A stretch of 55,702 nucleotides of DNA, filler included, from Jimgerdemannia flammicorona (taxonomy: Eukaryota), in assembly GCA_003990765.1 (NCBI GenBank). It is 2 parts of 2 records of this genome, joined end to end, with 100 filler letters (N's around TTAATTAATTAA, not from the genome) between each part and the next. Parts side by side here need not be neighbours in the genome. Positions count along the whole stretch, not along the records: positions 1 to 27,802 come from RBNJ01000600.1; 1 more part is not named here. One strand, given 5' to 3'. Of this stretch, positions 13,741 to 24,045 are shown piece after piece; the first letter of the stretch is position 1, and each line of letters opens with the position of its first letter. A program made the translations under genes and the position numbers. Under the pieces are notes generated by a model. It was not told where the DNA came from. It made no database searches and worked only from the letters and a program-made list of their open reading frames with translations.

Positions 13741-13934
13741 AATAATAATATTATAAAAATTTTATTGATTATAATATAGACTAGACTATCAATGATACAG
13801 GCTATTAATGATTTCTCTTATATCTAGCTACTACTGCCTGATAAGTGTTATTATATGCTCTTTTTTAGAGAGATAGATTCAGAGTCAAGATATTATATTA
13901 TATTTCTTTCCATATTACCTACAATTGTAGCAAC

Positions 13935-14304
13935 TAGTGCTCCCAACGAATCGAATCGAATCGAATTTGGCCCAAACTCAATTTGATTCGATCGAATCAA
14001 GGGTCCAATTCGATTTGATTCAAATTGAATCAAAGGTCCAATTCGATTTGAAGTTTGATTTGAACCTTAATTTTGAAAATGTAATAACTCAACGAAAACT
14101 CATCCAAATTTAACATATTTTAGCTTGTTAGATTCCCGTATTAATGTGATTCTAACAAGCTAAAGTATGTTAGATTTGGATGAGTTTATGCTGAGTTATT
14201 GCATTTTGAAATTTAGGGTTCAAATTAGACCCTCAATTCAATTCGACTCATTTAACCCTCAATTTGATTTGATTCGAATTGATTCAACTCATTTGGGAGC
14301 ACTA
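13935..14304. mobile_element. hAT-type palindromic MITE (370 bp)
   Basis: TIRs TAGTGCTCCCAA...TTGGGAGCACTA with a perfect 8-bp TSD GTAGCAAC (13927-13934 and 14305-14312). The body folds back around TTTAGCTTGTTAGA...TCTAACAAGCTAAA. Confidence 0.92.
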
Positions 14305-14576
14305 GTAGCAACTGATATATAAATGAACTCTTTTTGGAACCAGAACCTCTTTATCACTTGAAATTTCAATGTCTGGAGTATTATTATCAGAAATTTCAAA
14401 CATATTATCAATCTTCACTTCAATGTCTGAATCCGAAATCTCAATGATGGCAGCATTGGTGAGCATGTCATTCTCTACTTCAATGTCTGAGTCTAAAATA
14501 TCAATACAGCAGTATTGGAAATGACAGTATTGGGGGCTATAGCAGTAGCAGTTATGGCAGTAACAGTATTTAGAAT

Positions 14577-15041
14577 TGTAATATTTTAGCATAGTTTATT
14601 TCTTTTCTTTGTCTTTCCTGAACATTCTATAATCTTCTGGTACTTTCCAAATGCTTAGAAATCCTTTCTTGGTAACAAGCATTAACTAGTACTCATTTAG
14701 CTAGTTATAGAACTTCCTGAAAACTTGAAGAACTTTGTTTGTCATCATTAGTCATTTTTGCCAAAAACTTTCCTCTTAGCATTTTCTCTTGATTTCTGAG
14801 ATCCTTCCAGATCCTTCTTTCAGATCTTGTATAAATATCTCCTTTGTTTTCATAAATAAAGCTTCAGAATATTTTCTCTCAGAAACTACAAGAATTATTA
14901 GAACTCTGAGTATCTCTTCAAGCTACTTAGAACTTCCAGAACTAGTCACTTCCTCAAATAGAAACTAGAACCATTACACTTGGTAGTAGTAGGGAAGTTA
15001 TACCTAGTCTTATCAAGACACCTCTTAAGATACTAGTCACA
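14577..15041 (+). repeat. 5' LTR (465 bp) of the plus-strand Gypsy-dUTPase element
   Basis: TG...CA termini (TGTAATAT...AGTCACA), TATAAAT near 14830 and AATAAA near 14855. Boundaries coincide with the homologous LTR at 12624-13065. Confidence 0.82.
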
Positions 15042-15302
15042 ATACTATGAATGATAATGAATGGAACCTGTCATACAGTGCTTATGGTCCAGGCAATGCC
15101 TCTTACAATCAGCAAGAAGAAGAGAAACAGCAAATCCCTACTCAGTCAACTGGGTCTATCAAGAGTCTTTTGTAGACTATATTAGCTCAGATTGTCTAAC
15201 TTCAAGAATGTATAGAGAGAAAGAAAAGCAAGGCCCCTGTGTATACCTCTGCACCTTTACTGATATCAATACATCCGACAGCAGTCACCATCAAGCCTCA
15301 GA

Positions 15303-15655
15303 TAGTGCTCTCAAATAAATTGAATCAATTCGAATTGAATTGAATTGAGGGTCCAATTCAAACCCTATTTTTATAAATGTAATAACTTGAGGAATACATG
15401 TCCAAATTCAATGTTCGTTAGCTTGTTAGATTCCCCTATATAAGAGGAATCTAACAAGCTAAACCTCATTAAATTTGGATATATATTAGTCGAGTTATCT
15501 AATTTCTAAAAATAGAGTTTAAATTGGACCTTGAATCAAATTGGACCTCAATTCAAATTGATTCAAATCAAATTGGGCCTCAATTCAATTCAAAGTTTTC
15601 AAATTGAATTGAATTTGGGTCCAATTCAATTCAATTTGATTCATTGGGAGCACTA
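15303..15655. mobile_element. hAT-type palindromic MITE (353 bp) inserted in gag
   Basis: TIRs TAGTGCTCTCAA...TTGGGAGCACTA with 8-bp TSD GCCTCAGA/GTCTCAGA (one C>T difference). Same central hairpin as the MITE at 13935. Excision restores gag IKPQKPNTFDG. Confidence 0.92.
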
Positions 15656-16395
15656 GTCTCAGAAGCCTAATACCTTTGATGGCCAAAGAGGTGGACAGTC
15701 TACTGATGCTTGGCTTTTCTAATTGGAGCAATACAGTGAACTCGCCACACTTCTCTGAGGGAATACTGTAATCTGGTAGTGAAATCATATTCAAAACACA
15801 AGATTCTCTAGCCGAATCAAGATCTGGGGTGATTTCTCTGATGCTGTATAAGGCCAATTCAAACCAGTCAACAGCACTAAGGCCACATGAGACCACTTGG
15901 CAAATGTCAAACAACTCAAGTCTATACAAGCATACAATGTACAATTCCTGTCAATCTTGCTAAAGCTACTATATATCACTGAAGATGAGAAGGTTGACAA
16001 GTACATCTGAGACCTGAAAGGTCAAACCCAAGTTTGTATTGAACTAGAAGAATCCAAAGATCTAGACACAACAATGAAGATTGCTGATAGGTTTGATGTC
16101 ATCACCTATGGTCACTGCTTCAAACAGAAGAGACTATCTTTCAAAAACAATAACTATAGAAGAGAGGAACCCAAAGTCAGAACTATTGAATCTGCCTTCA
16201 TGGACCTAGATACCATCAATAAGAACAAGAAAGACAAGCTTACACCTGAGGAAAAAGAGTATCTCAAGAAGACTGGAGCCTGATTCTTTTATATCAGCTT
16301 GGCCACATTGGAACTAAATATCCCAAAAAAACTGCCAAACCCAAGAGGATCCTAGTCCTGTCTAAAGACACTCAAGGTCAGCCAGTCAAACAAGA

Positions 16396-16803
16396 AGTTG
16401 TACTCAATTTCATATGAGTCAACCCCAAGGCCCAGATCCCTCAAGCATAGTCAGAAGGAGCTATTGGTTTGGACCTTCAAGCAGTACAATAAGTCACCAT
16501 CCTAGTATATGAAAGGAGGCTCATTCCAACTGGCCTTTCAGTCGAAATTCCCAAGAAATACTATGCAAGGATTGTACCAAGATCTGGCCTCAGTTTCAAG
16601 TACTTACTGGATATTAGTGCAGGAGTTATTGATCCTGACTTCTGAGGTGAAATGCAAGTCCTGCTAGTCAATCACAAGAACTAACCATATACTGTCAATG
16701 AAGGTGACAGCTCATTCTGGAGTGAGCCACCCTACCAGTTATCAAAGAAGTTGCCAAGCTGTCATCAACTAAGCAAGATCAGAAAGGCTTTGGCAGGACT
16801 GAC
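16396..16803 (+). pseudogene. Retrotransposon-encoded dUTPase domain, between Gag-NC and protease
   Basis: All five trimeric dUTPase motifs are visible: AIGLDL (I), PRSGLS (II), AGVIDPDF*GE (III, TGA from CGA), EGD[short deletion]LIL (IV), KGFGRT (V). Confidence 0.9.
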
Positions 16804-18310
16804 AAAGTTACAAGCATAGCTGAGAACTAAGCCAATCTTCAAAGGTCTAGTCAAGAGACAAGAACTAGATGTTCTCATAGACAGTAGAGCTGTTGGGAAC
16901 TTCATCAACAAGAACCTCATCAACAAGCTCAAGATTCTCACCAAACCAGCTAGCAAGAATGATAGAGTTGTTACTGCAGATGGCACCACTCTACCAATCA
17001 ACTCAATTGCTACTAAACATCCCCTCAAGATCCAGAAATACTGAGAACATTTAGATTTTGAGGTAGCACTACTAGGAGACCATGATCTGATCCTAGGCAA
17101 ACCCTGGCTTACATGACACAACTCTTAGATTGATTGGATCAAGAATGAAGTCACCTTGATTCAAGATAGAGCCAACATTATAATCAAGTCAGACAAGACT
17201 CAGATAAAGACCCCAATTGCCACCCTTTCAGCAATTCAGTTTAAGAAGGCCCTCAAGAAAGCTACCTGTGCCTTTGTTGTACTGATCTGATCTAAGAAAG
17301 AAGACAAGAAGCTGTCAATCAGTAAAAGTATCGTTACTGCTAAATAAATACAAGGATGTCTTTCCAGACAAACTATCTGGTCTACCACCTTCAAGAGATC
17401 ATGAGCACGAAATCAAGTTGGTACCTGATGCAGCTATACCTAAGGAGAAGATATACCATATGTCACTATTCAAAATTGAAGCAGTTAAGAAAGAACTCAA
17501 TGAACTTATCAAGCAAGGAGCCATTCAGCCAAGCAAATCACCCTTTGGCTCTCTAGTTCTATTTATCAAGAAAAAGGATGATATTCTGTGAATATACATA
17601 GACTATTGAGTACTCAACGAGATCACAGTCAAGAACTATTATCTGCTACCACTCATAGATCAAATCTTTGATACCCTCAAGAATGCAAAATACTTCACTA
17701 AGATTGATCTCAATTTGAATCAAACCAGAAGACTTATCCAAGACTGCCTTCATAATACCTTTTGGACTCTACAAATTCCTAGTTATGGCCTTTGGTCTCA
17801 CCAATGTGCCAGCAATCTTTCAAGACCTCATACAAACTGTTAGTATTCCAAACAAGTCAATTTGAATCAAATCCAGATTCAATTCATCACATGATGGTTT
17901 GATTCGAATCTCAAATCTGAAGCCATCCGAATCAACTCGGATTTAATCCAAATCGCCCCATCTGAATTGCCCCATCCGAATCACCCATCCGAACTACTCC
18001 AATCCGAATTACTCAATCTGAATCACTCAATCCAAATTGCCCCATCTGAATTGCCCCATCCGAATCACTCATCTGAATCACCCATCTGAACCACTCCAAT
18101 CCAAACCACTCAATCCAAATCACTCAATCCAAATCACTCAATCTGAATCACTCAATCTGAATCACTCAATTCGAATCCTCCAATTTGAATCCTCCAATTT
18201 GAATCCTCTAATTCGAATCCTTCAATCCGAATCCTCATCTGAATCCTTTAACCGAATCCTCCAATCCAAATCCTCCACATGACTCATATGCTGGACATGT
18301 CCACAACACA

Positions 18311-18341
<31 letters not shown>

Positions 18342-18360
18342 TACACATGTACATGCAAAC

Positions 18361-21300
18361 ATGCAAACACACATGTCGACAGATCAGTCTTCAACAGTTC
18401 ACAGTACCAATGATGCTTCAAGTCAAACATCCCTGATAGTTCCACACCTTCCACACAATCCTCGCTCTGAAATCTGGCAACATTATATTAAGATAGGAGA
18501 TGATGTTGTTTTTTTTTTTTTTTTTATAATCTCTTGGACTCCGTCTTTATTACCAGTCTATGAATAAGTATACAATATCATCACCCACTATCTGATCCCC
18601 ATTGGGTGGCCCCACCCCACCTCATCATGTATAAAGACCACTCTCTCACCAATAACTCCAACTCTCCCACCACTCTGACCACAGATTTTCACCACCAAGC
18701 GGCACCTCCGACCCCCCTGCAGCCCCCAACCAAGCCACCAGCCTGTCAAGGTATCCTCCATAAGGAACTGCCACCTTGCTAGCCAGCTCTCCAAGCTCAG
18801 TCACTTCTCCTCCTCAAATACAAATAGCCAGTGGCTGGCCAGCCCAACCCAAATAGCCAACGCCCAGCCTAGAGTAATCCACTCTTCCCCAACCCCTCCT
18901 ATCAATCGATCCCTCAGGTCCTCCCACCTCCCCTGTACATCATCACCCCTATGCCTTACCCCCAAGCGGTCTCCAATGGCCTGCCAAAAGTCTCCCAACA
19001 CCTCACACTCCCCTAGCCAATATTCCGGCATCTGTACCAATCCCCCTTCCTGCCTGACATTATGGCACTCCTTGCAGTCAAAGCAGCCCTCTACAATAAG
19101 GTGTCCTGAGTGGAAGTTAAGCATCACATTCCTCCTCAGTACATGCCACCAGACTACCCAGTACTTCGGTGGCATCCAATTTTTCACTGCGGCACTCCAG
19201 ATGCCAGTCCCACTCCTCACCAATTCCAACTCCTTGCCAACAACTAGGCCACAGATCCTGGCCTGGACTCTGAGATGATGTTTGTAATTATTGCAGGTAA
19301 AAAATTAAGATGCACCTATTGATACTTTGTTTTGACACATACATGATATTGTTTTGATACACACATGATATTGTTTCATCCACCCCCATGAACTGCACCA
19401 GCCAGAAGTTCAAAATGCTTGGGGGTATGACTTCGAACATGAATCGACACATAAAAGACAAGCACTCTGACAAAATCAAAAAGATCACAGAGACAAATAA
19501 AATTGACATCCAAGCTGTAGTGGGTACGTTTATCCAATTGCCTGACCATTTCTGTACCAATAACGCCATTTAATCAAAAATTTTAGCCATACTCTTCAGC
19601 AGATTTCGAAATCGGCTCATTTGCTGGATTGTGTGCACAGACCAGCCATTCACAACCATCGAGAGTGATCAATTGCATAGCATCTTTGGTCTCCTCAAGC
19701 ATGATTTATATTTGCCAAGTGCTGATACTATTCGCAAAGATGTCCTGGAGGCCTATAGGAAGGAGCACAACAATCTCCGCCAGACACTTCAGGTAAAATA
19801 AGGGCAGCACTATGACCTTTGCAAGCTGAATTATATAAAAGAGCTCATCAGTTTAACCTCACATTCATTAAGTACAATTCAGCAGGCAAAATTTCGTTTA
19901 CGATTGACACATGGACATCCCCCAATGCAATTTCGTTTCTGGGCATTATCAGTCATTAGATTGACCTCAATTGGTGGCTTAAATCACTCACCCTTGACTT
20001 TGTTAAACTTGCTGGCCCTCATTCTGGAGACAACATCACAGATGCTTTTATTAGTTGTATCCAGGAGCTTGGGATCACCACCAAGATAAAAAAGGGGGGC
20101 TTGCTGTCAGGTCGGCGTTTTGAGGGAGGTCCTAAACCAAACCAGACTTTATTGGTTACTTATTTTCACATAAATTTGTCAACCAAATATTTCAAGTACA
20201 GATTTTGGCCATTACGATGGACAATGCCACAAACAACTCAACATTTTTCCAAGGTTTAGCAGCCAGCCTCAAACAGAAAAACGTGGCCTTCAGTGCAGAA
20301 AGCTGCAGTGTATGATGCCAGGCCCACGTACTGAACCTTGCTGTTCAGGACTATCTTACATAAGTAGACAAAACATCTGAGAGAGGAGGGGCCCTGAGCA
20401 TAATTTCCAAGCTGCGCAAACTGGTTGTGTCGGTCCAATCGTCTCCACAACAATGAGACAAATTCACTGCACAGTGTAGGGCAATCAGTTTAGCCCTGAA
20501 AGAGCTTATATTGGATGTCTGTATGCATTGGAACTCAACATTTGCAATGATCCAGTGCACGCTGGAGTTTGCTGTAGTATATATCCTTTTTTTCTTCGGT
20601 TGGCTGAAGCAACTGTTTTGGATGATGGAAGATTTATTTTTAAAAAAAAAAAAAAAGCCAATAGATTCAACGATGGCTGCTGATAAGGAAATATGGGCTG
20701 AGACTCTAGGTGAAAGCGAGTGAGACGTACTTAGGAATGTTATCAGAGTTTTGAAAGTAAGTGGTGGTTGCCCTGACTCCACACTTATTTTGTCTGCCTC
20801 CGCACAATGCAACACCTCACCACATATAACTGTCAGTGTTTCGATGATTGTACGAAGGATATAGTCAAACAAACAACCCCGACAATAAGCTCTGTAATAC
20901 TGGTATACAACCTTCTAATTGACTGGCTAGAAGACAAGCTTGAGGCCAGGCTGGAGGGTTGCGGTGATTTACGGTTAAGCCCGGATCAGAGAGACGCCAT
21001 GGAGGTTGCTCTAAGCAAGCTTAGAAAATACTACTTCCAAACAGATACTACTGTATACTCAATCAGTACAGGTATGTTGATGTCGGCATGTGGCCGTTGC
21101 CCCTTCCAAAACAGAGAAAACTCTGCAAAAACTCACTCTCCTTTTCTTCGAACAGTGCTGGACCCATGCTTAAAGCTACAATACCACAAAGATCAGGGCT
21201 GGGAGCAGCACTTCATTGAGAGAACCAAGCAGGCCGTAATTGAAGTGTACCAGAAAAACTATGCACTGCCGCAAGGTTCCAGCCGAAGTCCGGACGAATA

Positions 21301-21723
21301 TGCCGAGGGATCCCTCCTGTCCCACATTTACTTCAGCAGAAAGAGGAAGAGGGAGCTGTCAGAGGAAGAGCTGCCGTCAATAGACGAACTTACCATTTAC
21401 CTCGCCAGTGACCATGTGGTCCTGCTGGAGGGCACAGAGGTGCTCAACTGGTGGAAGGTGGGTTGTCAGGCGGACATTGGGCCAATTTAACCCACCAATC
21501 TAACCACCGCTCTACCCACCGGGGCATGCAGCTGCATCAAATGGACTTCCCCAGCCTGTGTGGTATGGCTCGGGACTACCTGGTGATTCCTGCCTCCAGC
21601 GCTCCTGTCGAGTGGGTGTTCTCAGATGGGGTGGACCTCGTTGCCCCAAAGAGGTGTGCGCTGAATGCTGAGACAATCTGGGCATGTATGTATCTGAAGT
21701 CTTGGTGGGGCTTGGGCCGCTAA
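18361..21723 (+). pseudogene. Intron-containing hAT transposase with BED zinc finger and C-terminal dimerisation domain (disrupted)
   Basis: BED finger RSEIWQHY..CNYC..GMTSNMNRHIKDKH, split by a LINE and an intron. Then DQPFTTIES, catalytic SFTIDTWTS and ITMDNATNN, CQAHVLNLAVQ, WNSTFAM, LNWWK, and FPSLCGMARDYLVIPASSAPVEWVFS. Several in-frame stops. Confidence 0.92.
18508..19271 (-). mobile_element. 5'-truncated Tx1/L1-like LINE (3' end) inserted in the BED finger exon
   Basis: Poly-T at 18509-18525 is the minus-strand poly-A tail. 11-bp TSD GAGATGATGTT (18497-18507 and 19272-19282). Encodes the same ORF2 C-terminus (CKEC..PEYWLGEC, ...MGIR*) as the full copy. Confidence 0.92.
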
Positions 21724-21977
21724 AATTTGACAGGTCCATGGATAAGTTGGTTGGCCTTGTGGAATATTTAATACCTTTCAAAATAATAAAAAAGGAAAAA
21801 AAAACCTGAGGACTCAGCCCGGAGTTTGTGGCCAAAGTGGGGTGAGGTTGGTGGTGGCGGCAGAGGGAGCATGCATCAAAAGGTCTTTCTCTGGTCATCT
21901 TTCTCTACTACAATTCACATTACACACACTTTTACAACACACTTTCAAGTCGTTTATTGGAGAAAGATATTAAGGCA

Positions 21978-23939
21978 ATGTCAACCAGTAAGCAAGCCGA
22001 CATATGTACTAGGTCAGGCGGACCTGGGGCCTTCAACTGGCAGCATGTCGGGAGAGGGTATGGACTGGGGATGGGGTCATTCGGGGGCTCAGATGGGCAG
22101 GGCAGCTTGGGTAGGGGAAGCGGCACTGGAGGGGGGGCTGGAGGGCAGTAGGGAAGGAGCTTTGCAGACACGCTGAGGACAGGAGGTTGGCCAATGGGAG
22201 ATCGTAGTGGACAGTCAGAAGGGAAGGGGAAGAAGAAGGCTGAGAATGCTGGGGGAGCTGGGCCTTCGTCAGTGGGAGGTGGAGGGAGTGGAGCAGTTGC
22301 TGGGGGTAGTGGTGGGACTGCTGATGGTGGCATGATGGCAGATCAGGAGGAAAAAAAAAGAGATGTGACAGCTGATGGCCAGGGGGGACAGGGGTTCCTG
22401 ATGTGGAAGGGAGACCTGGCAGATGGTGTAACGGGACTGGCGGTGGCCCCGTTGCTCAAGAAGTCAATCTTGGAGTTCGTGGCTACCTTGTACTTCCGGG
22501 GCTTGGCAGTGACGGCGAGGATGGTTCTGGGGCTCATTTCAAAGCAGGTGGCTGGGGCAGCCTCGGTGAAGTTTTTGAAGGGTCTGGAGGGGGTTGAGGT
22601 GGGCTTTGAGGAGGCGGGCCCACTGGATGAGGTGATGAAGACTGGAGTGGTGGTTGGGGAAGTGGTGGTCCCTATGGTGCGCTGCCTTAGGTGGGACCCC
22701 AGGGTGGTTCAGTTGCTAGTTAAAGGGGTATCTATGGTGTTGAAGGTTGAGACTAGGAGGAGGGTTGAGGAGGTGGTGGCTGAGTATGGTGACGTGGTGG
22801 ATATCGGATTCCGGGTGTGGAAGGGGACTGTGATCAGGACAGGTGACGTGGATGTCAGGATTAGGCTGGTGGGGAAGGAGGCCATTGGCAAGGCAACTGA
22901 CTGGCCTTCGGTGATGATGTGGGGGGCCATTGTTTGTAGAGTGTCGAGGGTGAAGGGGAGTGAGGAGGAGGAGGAGGATTTGTTGGAAGCACTGGAGGAG
23001 TTGAGTGGTGCAGTGGAATGGAGGGCAAAGGCCTGGAAGCTCTTTGAGGAGACGATGCACCTAGAGGTAGTGGAGGGGAAGCGGATCCGCATGGACAAGA
23101 GGCAGTGGGAGCAGGTACAGGGGCACAGGAGACAGAGGGAGCTTTTGGCAAGTATTGACATGGAGGCGAAGAAGAAGGCAGAGGGGGCTGGGGTGACTGG
23201 GGGCATCGAAGCCAGTGTCTGGGCTGGTAAAGGAGAGGAGGAGGTGGAGGCAGACAAGGATGGAGCTGGGAAAGTGCCGAGCAAGAACCCCTATGCCGAT
23301 GGGACTTTTGAGGTCTGGGAGCAGGAATTGGATGACTCTTCTCCTCCTCTTATCAGGAGGGGCCTGGCTGTGAAGAGAAGGATGACAGAGGATATACTGA
23401 TGAAGGGGGCCCAGCGAGTGCGATTTGGGGTCCCTGATGTGGCGGAAGGGGGCCAGGTGGTGGTAGTTGGTGAGGATGAGCTGGTGGATATCCCTGAGGA
23501 GGAGTGGGATGAGGCTGCCAGTGTAGGTGCTGACACCACGATGTTGGATGCAGGATGGCTGGGGACTCTGGGTGGGAAGGAGGTAGGGAACTTGCTGTGG
23601 TTGTATATGGTGATGGACAACCTTGCGGCTGAGGCCTTGGGAGAAGTGGACCTGCAGGCGATGCCTGATGAGCATTGGATGGAGATGTTGCAAGGAGATG
23701 GAGTGGTAGGAGCACTGAGGGCAGAGATTCTTATGATCCTCCTGGAGGAGGAGGGTTATGAGGTGGATGAGGTGAGGAAGGCGGAGCTGATGGTGGTTGC
23801 TGATGAGTGGGCAGCCTACTGCTGGGCTGAATGCCATGGTTTGCAGCTCTGGAGGGAAGCCTGTCTGGAGTATCGTGAGGACTTTGAGAAGAGAGAAGAT
23901 GGGGCAATGGTAGAACTTCTGGAAGGGTTGGAGGCATGA
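21978..23939 (+). pseudogene. LINE ORF1 (about 650 codons; one premature TAG at 22149-22151)
   Basis: ORFs 21957-22151 and 22194-23939 are in the same frame, separated by one TAG. Gly-rich N-terminus, SFADTL motif, RRM-like VQLLVKGV...YGDVVDI...RTGD region, acidic C-terminus. Confidence 0.75.
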
Positions 23940-24045
23940 GAAGCTGGGGAGAGGGAGCTAGCTGCTGAACATGTCTTGGACTTAGTGCAGGAGGAGCAGA
24001 ATGTGGACTTTTAGAGGATGGGATCACGATTTAACATTATTCCTT

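Larger units (their letters stand above)
14577..17840 (+). mobile_element. 3'-truncated Ty3/Gypsy (chromovirus-like) retrotransposon: LTR-gag-CCHC-dUTPase-protease-RT, pseudogenised
   Basis: gag from ATG 15047 (KPQKPNTFDG..DAWL..LEQY). Protease VLIDSRA...DLILGKPWL. RT GLPPSRDHEHEIKL, SKSPFGS, IDY*VLNEITVKNYYLLPLIDQIFD, KTAF..FGLYKFLVMAFGLTNVPAIFQ. Interrupted by a MITE in gag and ended by the hAT insertion at 17841. Confidence 0.92.
17841..21785 (+). mobile_element. hAT (Ac-like) DNA transposon; right end lost or displaced by a LINE insertion
   Basis: Left TIR-like TAGTATTCCAAA matches the MITE TIRs. About 430 bp of subterminal CCGAATCACTCAAT-type repeats follow, then the transposase gene. 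Inserted in the Gypsy RT. Confidence 0.88.

Noticed and set aside
17855..18280. Repeat array superficially like a CRISPR array or telomeric repeat, plus ORF 18037-18282
   Set aside because: No unique spacers or cas genes, eukaryotic context; these are hAT subterminal repeats and the ORF is a by-product.
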